Below, piece by piece: positions 15,565 to 31,727 of a stretch of DNA of 64,000 nucleotides. The notes beneath the pieces were generated by a model. It had not been told where the DNA came from. It did no database searches and saw only the letters and a list, made by a program, of their open reading frames with translations. Source of the stretch: the human T2T-CHM13v2.0 reference genome, Homo sapiens; NCBI RefSeq assembly GCF_009914755.1, contig NC_060928.1. One strand, given 5' to 3'. The position numbers and the translations under genes were made by a program. Every line of letters starts with the position of its first letter. Position 1 is the stretch's first letter.

Positions 15565-15990
15565 TGTATTAGTTTGCCAGGATTCCGTAATAAAGCACCA
15601 CAGATTGGGGTGCCAGAAGTCCCAGCTCAAAGGGTTTGCAGAGTTGGTTCCTTTGAGAGCTGTGAGGGAGAATCTGTTTCATGTCTGTGCCCTAACTTCT
15701 GGTAGTTTGCTAGAAATCTTTGGTGTTCCTTGGCTTCTATGGTATCATCTTGATGCCTGCCTTCATCTTCCCAAGGTATTCTCCCTGAGTGTGTCAAAAT
15801 TTCTTTTTTTTATGAAGATACCAGTCCTGTTGGATTTGAGGCCCACCCTACTCCTGTATAATCTCATTTTAACTTGTTACATCTGCAATGATCCTGTTTG
15901 CAATTAAGGTCACATTCTGAGATACTTGGGAGTTAGGATTTCAACACATGAATTTTTGGGAAACGAGGCATAATTCAATCCATCGCAACA
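15565..15990 (-). mobile_element. MaLR MLT1 (B/C-like) solo LTR
   Basis: TGTATTAGTTTGCCAGG...AAAGCACCACAGATTGGG...AAGGTCACATTCTGAGATACT...TTCAACACATGAATTTTTGGG. Confidence 0.85.
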
Positions 15991-16549
15991 CCCAAATATA
16001 AATTGACTATTTTTAGAATTTTTCAGTCTTATTAGAATGGTAGAAACACAGAAATCTTCCAACGTCCTCATTCTATGCCAAAATAGAACACTTCAAGTAA
16101 ATAAGAAAGGCATTTTGGATAACCTTTAGGCTTTCAGGCTATGTACCAAAAAGACACCATTAAGAGACAAGACATGCCCCACGGTAAGATAAGAAGATAG
16201 GAAGCTTCTCTACTGCAAACTCCTAGGACTTACCACGTTGCTTTCAAAAAACTTCTTAAAGTCTCTAAGTATTTTCTTGTGTAACGTTATAGATCTGAGC
16301 ACATAATATTTAGAATAAGTAATATATTTAATGTCTTCAAAATAATGAAAATAAATATTTTAAATGTTCTAAAGTTTTCTTTGGGGTCTTGAGATTTAGC
16401 CAATGACCAAATAAAAATATTAATAATGATTTTGTATATTTCGTATAATGCTATCAACCTGCCATCAGCACTGTATAGCACTTTTCCCCAGGGGTTGTTG
16501 TGATTGTTTGTCACTATTTCATCGTTAGTAATAGTACTAATAGAATTTT

Positions 16550-16655
16550 TCTGAAAGAGTTAATGTGGGGGTCAAATAAGGTAACAAATATAAAGCACTT
16601 ACTAGAGTGCCTGGGACAGAGTAACTGCTCAATAAATGTTAACTGTTATTATTAG
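16550..16655 (+). mobile_element. MIR 3' fragment
   Basis: ATATAAAGCACTTA...AGTGCCTGGGACAGAGTAACTGCTCAATAAATGTTAACTGTTATTATT. Confidence 0.7.
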
Positions 16656-18592
16656 AGTATAGAAGGTGCTGCATTTTTAAAAAGCTTCGTGAAGTGTTTT
16701 CCCTTTTTGGTGATATAATTCAGGGGTGCTCCTATGCCATTTTTTCTTCAAGAAAGAGAAGGGTTGGTGCCACCCAAAAAAGAGCTCATGGTGTAGTAAA
16801 GAAGTTAGAAATGTAAACATAATCAAGTCACTTAGATAGTTAGTCTAGGAAGTATGGGGCCACTTCATTTTTAAGAGAAAAGGTTAGACTATAATAATGT
16901 ATCTGGATACATCGGCTCTAAAGGAGAAGGAAAACGAAGTTGGAGAAGGTTCCTCTGATGGTCTGCCTTTTCTGTATGAAGTATGGGGCAAGATCATTGG
17001 TGGGAAATTAAAGATGGGAGTGGAGTAGAGTATTTGAGAGGGGTAAAGTGTTGGAACTACTCCACCCAAGAATACAAATGTGAGCTGAATGGAGTCAGTA
17101 CTGAGTCCAACTGAACACAAGGTCTAGTTGAAGCCATCATTTTGTAGCTGAAGCCAGTAAAAACTGTTGTTTTATTTTACTCTCCTTTATCATTTCTATT
17201 CTATTTTAATGTTATCCTATTTTATTTTATTTTATTTGACGTAATTGGTTGAGGCATAGCTGATCATTGTATGGGCACAAGCTAAGAAGTGACTGATGGC
17301 ATCCACCCAGGCCAGGATTGAGGCAGAGAGAGGAGAAGAGGGTGAGGGAGCTGATGATGTGAGTGAAGTCACCGACTAACCAGGCAGGAGGGAAGGAATT
17401 GACAGCAGGATGTGCTGATACAGGAAAAACAGGTATCTCCATGGTGGAAGAACAGATATGGCAGCAGAAAGGGGATGAGAGAAATAGGAGGAAAGGTGTT
17501 GCTAAGAAAGTGCTAAGAAGTTGGACCTGGTGCAGTTCCAGGTGGTTGATCTGGGGTTTGGGGTGCAGGGAATGGAATGCTTCCATACAGCCAGGGGACA
17601 GGATAAGGAGATAAAGAGATGAAGGTGAAGGCAAACTGTCAATTTCTCAGTCTCATAGTCCTTGGCTGTGCTCCTGTGTTAGCTGCGATTTCAAAATAGA
17701 TCACTTCCTTTCCTTACTTTACTCTGTCTCCTCTCCATCTCCTACTTGGCATCTTGTGTCTTTTTAAGGTCATGTTAAGAGTTCACTTTCCCAATCAGGA
17801 GAAGCACAGAAACATAAATCAATGTACTTAATGCATGTTTCTTTCTTTCTCAAAGACTTGCCTAAATAAAACCTTACAATTTATTTTAGTTAACAAATTA
17901 AATGTTGACTTTTAAAAACATAGTATTTGTGCTTTTTAACCCTCAAAGAACTTTACACTTATTAAGGTCACTCTTTTTAACACTCCTAGAGTCTTTGAGT
18001 TGAACATACATGTTCAAAAGATTAACACAGAGGGTGAGGATGTTTGGCTATCAGATGCAGTTTTTAGCTGTAATATCTGGCCTTTGAGATAGTATTGCTC
18101 TGGCCATGTCTGAAAGCCAGGAAATAATTATTTCTCTTCCACTTTCTGTCAATGGGGAGCTATTATTACCCCCTTCAGTGTGAACTCATTTAGGACTACA
18201 CAAATAAAAATTATTAATAATGGTTAATTATCAGATTAGAATTTCAAAGGGGAAAAATAATAGTAGTTTCCTCTGAAATTCACAAGCCAACTAAAGCCAT
18301 TCCAAGCTTCCTGAGGCCCCTTCTCTCCTCTGTTTCTTATTTCCTTTCATCCTTCCCTCTTCTTCTCTTTGGATTTCTCTCTTCTTATTTATTTCTCTGT
18401 ACACAGGGTATTTTTACTCCCCTCAAGTTCTCTTCATTGGTGCCACTCTTCTTACATACCTGGCTCTTTTTTCTTCACCTTCTGATTTTCCACCTTTTCT
18501 TTTTCCTGCTTTCCCTTTTCTTACTTTACCATTTCCTTTTTTTTAAATTTCTGAACCAGTTGGGAACAAGATTTTTTTTCTAACTAATTTCT

Positions 18593-18720
18593 CCCTTCCT
18601 TCCTTCCTTCCTTCCTTCCTTCCTTCCTTCCTTCCTTCCTTCCTTCCTTCCTTCTTTCCTTCCTTTCTTCTTTCTCTCTCTCTCTTTTCCTTCTTTTTCT
18701 TTCTTTTTTTCTGCTTTTTC
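18593..18720. repeat. (TTCC)n microsatellite and pyrimidine tract forming the tail of the adjacent AluJ
   Basis: About 14-15 CCTT units followed by a CT/T-rich tract. Confidence 0.95.
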
Positions 18721-19031
18721 TGGGGCTCACTCTGTTGCCCAGGTTGGAGAGCATTGGCATGATCATGGCTCGCTGCAGCCTCAACCATCCAGGCTCAAGC
18801 AATCCTTCTACGTCTAGCTCCTGAGCAGCTGGGACTACAGATGTGCTCCACCACAGCTGGCTAATTTTGTTTGTTTATTTATTTATTTATTTGTTTACTT
18901 ATTTGTTTATTTATTGAGACAAGGTCTCACTATGTTGCCCAGGCTTGTCTCCAACTCCTGGACTCAAGTGACCCTCCTGCCTTCACCTCCAAAAGTGCTA
19001 GGGTTACAGGTGTGAGTCACCGCACCCAGCC
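18721..19031 (-). mobile_element. AluJ with a (TTTA/TTTG)n linker expansion
   Basis: GCTCGCTGCAGCCTCAACC..., GGTCTCACTATGTTGCCCAGGCT and ACTCAAGTGA are AluJ-type. Confidence 0.88.
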
Positions 19032-19861
19032 TATCATTTCCTTCTACAACATCGACACCCCCTTGTCCTGTCCTCTGGTCACATGGTGGCACTGCATTCC
19101 TGACCCAGCCCTGGGATCAACCCCTCTATGCTCACTTTTACTTTTTATTACTATAGCAACAACAAGGGCTATTATTATTAATTAAAATTTATTGAACACA
19201 TACCATGTGTCAGGCAAGTAGATTACTTTCTGTTTAGAAAATGCCATCACAAAGGGGACAGCACATGCAAAAGACAATGATCTGAATCTGCAAGTGGGGA
19301 AAAAACTAAAATGGATTTTCAGTTGTTTGAAATAAAATTCCTTGCCATCGGCATTTGCTCAATATTGATAAAGGGAAGATTCAGGTCCCTTTGTAAGAGA
19401 GAGAGGGAAAAAACAGAGACATCGATCGAATCCATACTGTGAAACTATGCAGTAGGTATTGACCCATCATTGCTCTCAAACAGTGGAAAAAGACTGAGAT
19501 GAATTTGCTTTGTGGAGTAGCCAATCACTCAGGTGGCTGAGTCACAAACAAGATTTAATATCTGATTGCTGCACAAAAATGTCTACAAAGAAGCTCCTGT
19601 GGAAGATATTTTTCCTCACCCATTCAAGGTTGCAGAGGTAGTTCTCTTTGTGATTTGTGAGTGGTGTAGGAGTGTGAAGAGTATAAATTAGAGAAGAATA
19701 TAAGGAAGTTTGCTGTGTGTTTAGCAGGAACTGCAACCTAAGAGAATCAAGATCCTGCAGCCGAGAAGAGAACTGGGATCCAAAAGGTCACATTAAAACA
19801 GGTTAAGTGTTTGCAAATCCCAATTACAATAGGTGCCGTTAGCTATTAAATCTTATTGATC

Positions 19862-20168
19862 GGCCAGGCGCAGTGGTTCATGCCTATAATCCCAGCATTT
19901 TGAGAGACTAAGGCAAGCAGATTGCCTGATGTTAGGAGTTTGAGACCAGTCTGACCAACGTGGTGAAACCCCGTCTCTACTAAAAATACAAAAAATTAGG
20001 CGTAGTGGCGTGCGCCTATAATCTCAGCTACTCAGGAGGCTGAGGCAGGGGAATTGCTTGAACCAGGGAGACAAAGGTTGCAGTGAGCCAAGATTGCGCC
20101 ACTGTACTCCAGCCTGGGTGACAGAGCGAGACTCTGTCTCGAAACAAAAACAAAAACAAAACAAAAAC
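19862..20168 (+). mobile_element. AluS
   Basis: GGCCAGGCGCAGTGG start, (AAAAAC)n tail, degenerate TSD AA(T/C)CTTA(T/C)TGATC. Confidence 0.9.
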
Positions 20169-20417
20169 CTTACTGATCAAATAGCTAAGAAATAAAGAAT
20201 TTCCTCCATTCTTTGCTGAGGTGGGAAGAAACAGCTGCTGGAATGAGTTTGCAGATGGGGAGAAAAGTGGTTCTTAAAAACTCAGGAACTATGGTGTACC
20301 CTTTCGTGTGCCGATTAAAATGAAAACATGAATCCCGGTCTTCCCTGGCCAATGGGAACACTACAGGTGGGGAGAAAGAACCTCTTCTCTTTATGTTTCT
20401 GTAAATCATCCTGCCTT

Positions 20418-20481
20418 ACTTTGAACCCCTGTGCCTTCAAAAAGGGAGGACTTTGAGCCCCTGTGCCTTCAGAAAGGGAGG
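20418..20481. repeat. 32-bp tandem duplication (2 copies, 2 mismatches)
   Basis: ACTTTGAACCCCTGTGCCTTCAAAAAGGGAGG followed by ACTTTGAGCCCCTGTGCCTTCAGAAAGGGAGG. Confidence 0.95.
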
Positions 20482-21055
20482 AAACTGTCCTTAAAAGAGC
20501 TCTGCTATCTCCCTGGAATTTATGTCATGACTATGACATAAAAAATTTGCCCAGTGCTAAAAATTCAGGACATGGCATCTGGTGATTGAGTCACTTACCC
20601 ACACAGGTTAGCAGTAAGACACTCATTCTGTATTTTAGCACAGCCCTGGAGCTCCGGTGGCTTTGTGACGCCATGGCGTGGTCTCAATTTCTGAGCTGCA
20701 CACAGAGCCACTTCTCCTCCCGGGATCTTGCCACTTCCTTGTTTGCACTGCACAGAAAGCACACAGCAGCTACTCACCTTCTCATTTCCTGCAGGTTTGG
20801 AGAATCCTTGTGGTGGGGCTTTTAGTTGTCTCCTTGTTTCTTACAAGTATTTTGTTGACACCACATTATCTTCCTTCTCTGGAACTGGTGTATTCAGGAT
20901 TCCCAAGCCCAGGAAACTTAGTGCTGCTTTTTTTTCCCTTATGGTTACTACTCAGAAGCAAGAGGCAAGAGGCAAGAAATGCATGATTGAGTACCTGCTT
21001 GATTTAGGAGGGGAGAGGAAAAGAAACAGGTTGAATTTTAAAAATGTTATTGAGT

Positions 21056-21350
<295 letters not shown>

Positions 21351-21651
21351 TGTTATTGAGTCACAGTTGTGTCAGAGTTCTCAAAATGCAGAAGCCAGCT
21401 TTCTAATGCTGTGGCCTCTGTCCAGGACAGATATATACCATGCAGATGAGAGAGGACCCAGTGTAGTTCTTAAAAATTTCAGTGCATGAGACCGAACACG
21501 CAACCACCACTTCTCACCATTTCACTCTCTGGCCAATTTGTTGGTTTTGTTGCTGTTGTGACTTCTTGTTAGTGATACAGGCATTTGCCCATACACACCA
21601 TTTTAAGAATTCCTGGCACAAAGAGATGCTTAAGAAATATTACGTGATGTT

Positions 21652-23968
21652 TGATATAGTTTGGCTGTGTCCCCACCCAAATCTCATCTTGAATTATAGT
21701 TCTGATAATCCCCATGTGTCATGGGAGGGACCCAGTGGGAGGTAATTGAATCATGGGGGTGGTTTTCCCTGTGTTGTTCTTGTGATGGTGAGTGAGTTAT
21801 CATGAGAGCTGATGGTTTTATAAGCCTCTGGCATTACCCCTGCTGGCTCTCATTCTCTCTCTTGCTGCCCTGTGAAGAGGTGCCTTCTGCCATGACTGTA
21901 AGTTTCCTGAGGCCTCCCCAGCCACATGCAATTGTGGGTCAGTTAAACCTCTTTTTAAATAAATTACTCAGTCTTGGATATTTCTTCATAGCAGCATGAG
22001 AACAGACTAATACAGTAAATTGGTACCAGGAGTGGGGTGCTACTATAAGGATACCCCAAAATGTGGATGCAAATTTGGAACTGGGTAACAGGCAGAGGTT
22101 GGAACAGTTTGGAGGACTCAGGAGAAGACAAGAAAATGTCAGAAAGTTTGGAAATTTCTAGGGATTGGAGGGCTCAGAAGACAGGAAGATGTGGGAAAGT
22201 TTGGAACTTCCTAGAGACTTGTTGAATGGCTTTGACTAAAATGCTGATAGTGATTTGGACAATGAAGTCCAGGCTGAGGTGGCCTCAGATGGAGATGAGG
22301 AACTCGTTGGGAACTGGAGCAAAGGTGACTTTTGTTATGCTTTAGCAAAGAGACTTGCAGCACTGTGCCTCTGCTTGAGATCTGTGTATCTTTGAACTTG
22401 AGAGAGATGATTTAGAATATCTGGCAGAAAAAATTTCTAAGTGGCAAAGCATTCAAGAGGAAGCAGAGCATAAAAGTTTGAAAAATTTGCAGCCTGACAA
22501 TGCGATAGAAAAGAAAAACCCATTTTCTGGAGAGAAATTCAAGCTGGCTACAGAAATTGGCATAAGTAATGAGAAGCCAAATGTTAATCACCAAGACAAT
22601 GGGGAAAATGTCTCCAGGGCATGTCAGAGACTTTCACAGCAGCCCCTCCTATCACAGGCCCAGAGACCTAGAAGGGAAAAATGGTTTCATGGTCTGGGCC
22701 CAGGGCTCCCCTGCTCTGTGCAGCCTCAGGTCATTGTACCCTGCATCCCAGCCCCTCTAGCTCCAGCCATGGCTAAAAGCGCCAAGGTACAGTTCGGGTT
22801 ATTGCTTCAGAGGGTGCAAGCCATAAGTCTTGGCAACTTCCACATGGTGTTGAGCCTGTGGGTGCACAGAAGTCAAGAACTGGGGTTTGGGAACTTCTGC
22901 CTAGATTTCAGAGGATGTGTGGAAATGCCTGATTGTCCAGGCAGAAGTTTGCTGCAGGGGCAGAGGCCTCATTGAGAACCTCTGGTAGGGCAGTGTAGAA
23001 GGGAAATATGTAGTGGGTGCCCCCACATAGAGTTCCCACTGGGGCACTGCCTAGTGGAGGTGTAAGAAGTGGGCCACCGTCCTCCAGACCCCAGAATGGT
23101 AGATCCACAACGACAGCTTCCACTGCGCACCTGGAAAAATCGCAGACACTCAATGCCAGCCTGTGAAAGAAGCCAGGTTGGGGGATGTTCCCTGCAAAGC
23201 CACAGGTGTGGAGCTTCCCAAGGCCACGGGAGCCCACCTCTTGCAACAGCATGACCTGGATGTGGGACATGGAATCAAAATAATCATTTTGGAACTTTAA
23301 TATTTAATGACTGCCTTGCTGGATTTCAGACTTGTATGGGTCTGTAGCCCCTTCGTTTTAACCACATTTTCCCCATTTGGAACAGGTGTATTCACCCAAT
23401 GCTTATAATTGTATCTAGGAAGTAACTAACTTACTTTTGATTTTACAGGCTCATAGGTGGAAGAAACTGGTCTTGTCTCAGATGAGCCTTTGGACTTGGA
23501 CTTTTGGGTTAATGCTAGAATGAGTTAAGTCTTTGGGGACAGTTGGAAGGGCATGATTTTGTTTTGAAATGTGAGGACATGAAATTTGGGAAGGGTCAGG
23601 AATGTAATGATGTGGTTTGCCTTTGTCCTCACCCAAATTTCATCTTGATTTATAGTTCCCATAATCCCTACATGTCACAGGAGGGACTAGGTGGGAGGTA
23701 ATTGAATCATGGGGGCAGTCTCCCCCATGCTGTTCTCATGATGGTGAGTGAGTTCTCATGATATCTGATGGTTTTATGTGTCTGGCATTTCCCCTGCTGA
23801 CTCTCATTCTCTCTCTTGCCACCCTCTGAAGAGATGCCTTCTGCCATGATTATAAGTTTCCTGAGGCCTCCCCAGCCATGCAGAACTGTGAGTTAATTAA
23901 ACTTCTTTTCTTTATAAATTACTAGACTTGTGTATTTCTTCATGGCAGTGTGAGAACGAAGTAATACA
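21652..23968 (+). mobile_element. Full-length THE1 (C/D-like) MaLR element: LTR 21652-22014, internal 22015-23607, LTR 23608-23968
   Basis: Two similar ~360-bp LTRs (TGATAT/GTGGTTTG...TAATACA), a THE1-int start GTAAATTGGTACCAG, and a 5-bp TSD ATGTT. Confidence 0.95.
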
Positions 23969-25411
23969 ATGTTAATTGTTAATACTTTATTTTTCTGACT
24001 TTTAATTTAAAATTTTTAAATGCTATTTTATTATTATTTTTTGGCCACTGGATTCCCATTCCACTTGAATAGAATAACAAATAGTAGAAATTAAAGTTAA
24101 AAAGTATGTTGAATATTGAATAGAAATTTAATTTTGGAAATATTCATGTCTACAGTTAAATAAGAAGTGGAAGACAGTAAAAAATGAAACAAATGCAGTC
24201 TCTGTCCTTGGTGGGACTGAAGCAGTTCCTGAAAGAAAACTTTTAGTGGTGCCTGTCAGCACAGAACTACAGCTTATGAAAGTCCATGGACATCAAAATT
24301 ATGCAAAGCTTGGTGGAATTTTTGTGTGCAGTTTTTCCTAGAGAGAACAGAAACTATGAAATACAGTCGTAAGGCAGAAAATGAGAGCAAGAGTGATTAT
24401 GTCAGGCAGCTTGCTCTGGCAGAGAGTTAAAGCCGGATGCTCTTTCTACCATGGCTTGTTTGGCTCCCAAGAACTGTGGCTTCTACTGCTTTCTCCCTCT
24501 TCCTTCTCCTGCATCTATTCAGGATACCTAATGCGGTCAAGAGGAACAAGGCAGAAATGAACATTTTCAAATCCTGTGTGGGTATAAACTCTATTCAAAA
24601 CATATTATATTTTAAATACCATTCAGTTGTAAATAATCATAAGAGCACACCTACAATGAAACCATAGATGACTTGAAAGCACCGCAGCAGCCAGCTCTGA
24701 GCTGCAAGGAGAATAGTTGTATAAAATGATTCATTAGCAAAAAGAAATCCCTGCAGGACCCTAGATATAATCCAACACAGGGAAAAATGTGGTTTGGAGA
24801 CTGATATTTTACAACTTCTTCAGGTTCTCAATATTGAAAACAAATGATACAATCAAAAGACATTCTTTCAGATTGCTATGTGCAGTCTCTTCCAGAGGGC
24901 TTGCGAGAGATACTTAACTTACCTTCTGCTCTGAGAGGGAAAGCTGTCTTGTGTGGGTGGCCAAGAAAGGTTATTTGGTGGTATTATATTTCAGGACTTC
25001 TACCAGAGTGATTCACTTACAACTGGCTGGCATAATTATTATAGAGTTTCAGTGATCTTTACGCTGTGTTAACTACAGAATATTGTAATTGCTGTTAGAA
25101 TGAACATGAAATGAACCGTACAATTTCAAAACATACTTAGCTACTTTTAGAAGTGGTGCAAATGAGAGTTATTATGCTTTGAAGATTGCAGGGAGACTGA
25201 CTAAGAGAACTAACAGAGTGGAGAACAGATTAATGGCTGCATTTCTTCATGCTATGTGACCATTAGTGAACTTTCCTTTCTGATATTACCTAATGTCAAC
25301 ATTCCATTGGAGTTCACACATTGCTAGGTGTTTTAGAAAAGACATTGAAGGTGATTTGTTGATATTTCTCCCCCAGATATACTGGGAAGAGGCTTTCTTC
25401 TTTAGAGATCT

Positions 25412-25465
25412 GAATTTCTGAAGTGAAGTCCCTAGAAGGAATTTCTGAAGTGAAGCCCCTAGAAG
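25412..25465. repeat. 27-bp tandem duplication (1 mismatch)
   Basis: GAATTTCTGAAGTGAAG(T/C)CCCTAGAAG twice. Confidence 0.95.
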
Positions 25466-26481
25466 GCTCACCATTCTATTACAGTGGCTCTTTTGCTGCA
25501 CGCTTCCCAGATTTCTCCATCCTCCTGCACTTCTGCTTCTGAAATTTTTCCTCTGATGGAGTTGCCATATCAGTACAGAAGCTGGCATGGTATAGCATGT
25601 GTACCACAGAGAGCACCAGAGCGGTTTATCTTTGGCATGCAGTCTGGGTATCATCTTGTAATCATCCCGTGGGCTTCAGAAACCTCAACTTGACAGAGAC
25701 TTGGCCACAGACCTTCTTCCTTTAGATGCTTGGAGGATCCTCAAGAGAAGAATCAGATTCCCAACCTCACACTTACGAATTTCAAGATGGTGCTTGGTAA
25801 CATCTTTTCTATGTGGTGGCCAGAATGTTGAAAAGTTTGATAAATCTTTACATTCATTCAGTCCCTCTGCACTTGGAAAGAGGAAGAGGCTTGAGTAGCA
25901 GCAGAAAAATGATATGGCCATCCACCATTGCCATGTTTATGTTGTGTTTATTTTCCTTTTCCCACTTTTCCCTCTGGGGAGAAATATGAGCGACTTATTA
26001 CCTAATTCATTCCTGGAAGAGAGTTCTAGTCCTGGAAGCTTGTTTCATACTGTAAAAATAACAAAACTGATCATTCAAAATAATGGAATTAATACCACAT
26101 AAGTTACTTTGCAGTATTCTTTTTGAATTTATTTTTTCCACATGTCGTTTTCCTCCTTTCTCCTGGCTCTGGGTGTCATAAAGTCTGGGTGGTAGAGGTA
26201 AGCGAATCTGCATAGGCATTCTTTATTTCACCAGAGACTTTAGACTTGAGTTTAAAATTAGAACCTACTAAAAAATGTTATTGTGTAGTTAGGGTGAAAG
26301 GGTATCTTTGAAGGGCTTTGAGTGATAAATGCCTTGATATTGGCATTTTCTGAGTGTCAGGGTTGCCCACTGACTCATATGAGAAATTGATGTGGGCAGT
26401 GGTTGTATCATTGAGGGTTTTTTTTTTTTTTTTTTTGTAGCCAGGGAGTCCTTGTTTGCTCTAGTTAAGATAGTCAGAACT

Positions 26482-26881
<400 letters not shown>

Positions 26882-27080
26882 TCACCAGTTACCAGTATTT
26901 TGATGTATTAAATCTTATAAAAAGAAAATTAGTGGTATTGAGTATTTTTAATTTTAGAAAATTAATCAGAATCATAGTGTAAGAGGATTGGAAGGACTTT
27001 AGATTTCATATAATTGAATTATTAGAGACTTGAACAGTTTCTATAGTACTCTGATCAGACAAATTGTCCAGTTTATGGCG

Positions 27081-27378
<298 letters not shown>

Positions 27379-27859
27379 CATCCAGTCTATTTTGAATATC
27401 TTTAGTGATGGGAAATTCATCTCTGCATAGTCTTATTTAATTCTGAGTATTAAATTTTTTAAATTGTGATAGTCAAAAGTTGATTCTCTAGCATATATGT
27501 ATGCTAGCTCCATTTCTTGGGTCCTTGCAGAGCAAATCTAACTACAGTCCTACCATTAATTCCAGATTGCTCTATGCATCTGAGACTTTTAACTTTCACA
27601 CAGAATGTCTCCAGATTTATATGAAAGGGTTATATGGTTCTTTGCAATTCTGGTTTATTTGTCGTTTGCCCAGATGTTGGTGTGGAACAAAATGGCACCT
27701 CCAGTGCCTACATGCTAGATCTTGAATTTTATGATGACAACCTAAGATCAGGAAGGACTGTGGATGAGGAAACATTGATGGGTTTTTTGCAGAGTAGTGC
27801 CATTGAGAGACTTTTATTTTAAATAATCTTTGTGGACTTATGGGGATGGAGTAAAAGAG

Positions 27860-28100
27860 GATATTTTGGAGGCCAAAAACAAGTCAAAAGCTGTTTCAGT
27901 AGGAGGACTTGGATCAGAGCAGGAACAATGGGCATGGAGAAAAGAGACTGGATTTTAGAAATAGTAGAGGATTGAATGTGGCTGGTGATGGAGAAAGAGG
28001 AATCAGAATGACACCAAAGTTTCTAGCTTAGATATTGGGCTATGAAAGACGGTGCCATGAACTAAGAAAGAAAATCCTGAAGAAAGAGCCAGTTTTAAGA
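27860..28100 (-). mobile_element. L2 fragment
   Basis: Purine-rich GGAGAAAGAGGAATCAGAATGACACCAAAGTTTCTAGCTT...GGTGCCAT, typical of antisense L2. Confidence 0.6.
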
Positions 28101-28474
28101 TAAAGATAAAATCTTTCAAACCGTGATTTCATTTAGCCTGTATTCCTCCATCTGCTCTACAAGAATATGATAAGAAAGCTTATGCCAGGATCTATTATTC
28201 ATAGATGCAGTATGTGGCCGTGTTCCCCTGATCTACTAATCTAGTGATTCTATTGGAAAAAGAAAATGAATTTTATTTGACATGACTAGGTATTGGCTGG
28301 GCTTTGCATACCTCTTCTGTACTTCTTTGATCAATATTAATCAACTTAATAAGCACTTGCAGTTGGCAATGCTTTATATGCTCATTGTCTAGTGACAATG
28401 AATTATAGTATGAAGATTTTACAAATGTTTTTCTTTTGTTCCGGTTTGTTTTTTTCTGGTATGAATCCATTTAT

Positions 28475-30620
<2,146 letters not shown>

Positions 30621-31727
30621 TTGGAAGTATCTGCCCACAAGATACTGCTTGGAGGGCTGCTTCTCAGCCTGGGATATGGGCACAGGGATAATTGGCTGAC
30701 TCGAGGGCTTTCCCACCAGGGGTGGCCTGCAGACTATTTCTCAGTCCTGGCATGTGAGCGCAGAGCTGTTCAGATAGCCAAGGAGCATGTCTGTCAGGGG
30801 CAGCACACAGGTCTGTTTCGCAGGCTCTAATTGTGGATACAAAGCTGTTGGGGGGGACTGGGGCTTGTCTGTAGTGGGTGGGGCACTGTGCGGCTGTTTC
30901 TCAGGACCTGGGTGTGGGCACATAGCTGCTCCTTCAACCCAGAAGCATGTTGGCTGCTTGGAGATATGAGGGCTTCTCCCGCTTGGGGAAGGGCATTCAC
31001 CAGTTTGGCTGGCTCGAGGGTGAGTTCACCCTGGGCAGGACTGTTCCTCTGGTTCTAAGTGAGGACAGTAGGAGTTGCCTTCCTTGCTGTGCAAGACCAA
31101 AGTTACGGCTATCCCTGGGCCTAGAATTCGCACTGCTGGGTTTGTGGCAGTCAGTAACCAATGTGAGCTTAGTGGAATGAAGATGGAGTCCCAGTGCAGT
31201 GGCTGCTGACCCCAGAGCAAGGCATACTACAGAGTCATCTCTAGTCTTGAGATAGTGCCACGCTGCAGCAGCTTGGCTCACAGGGCATGGGTGGGGAATA
31301 AGGAGTGCACACTTTGTACTCCTAATCCAGCGCAATGCAGCTGTGAGAATTCTGGGTATCTCTCCAAACTGGGCTCCGGGCTTGCAAGGACTGTGAAATT
31401 CTCTTATAAGGACTGTAAGTGCTTGTGGTCGCAATGGGGGCTGGTGCGGTTCTTCTCCTTACCTTTCCCCTGCAACAGGAAGTCCCTCCTGATTCTGGCT
31501 GGATATGATCCAGGTGGGGAAGATGGGACCGCAGAGGCTGAGTGTCTCCATGCTGTCCTCCCGGACTTTCAATCACCACAGGTGCATCTCCACTACCTCT
31601 CTGCACCCCAGAGTTCTTCCTTTGACACACCATCCAAATCTCATCTGTTTATTTGTTGCCTTGCTTCTTTCTTGTGGGGAGGATGAGCACCAGGTGTCTC
31701 TAATCAGTCATCTTTCTAATGTCCCCC
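30621..31727 (-). mobile_element. L1M-type 5'UTR joined to the L1MA 3' part
   Basis: GC-richer block whose minus-strand start GGGGGACATTAGAAAGATGACTGATTAGAGACACCTGGTGCTC resembles L1M2-type 5' ends (AAGATGGCTGACTAGA). Confidence 0.7.

Noticed and set aside
18543-18802. K/E/G/R-rich ORFs, and the S/F/L/P-rich ORFs at 34468-34831
   Set aside because: They are translations of simple or minisatellite repeats.
22412-23270. ORFs up to 165 aa
   Set aside because: They are broken remnants of the THE1 internal region.
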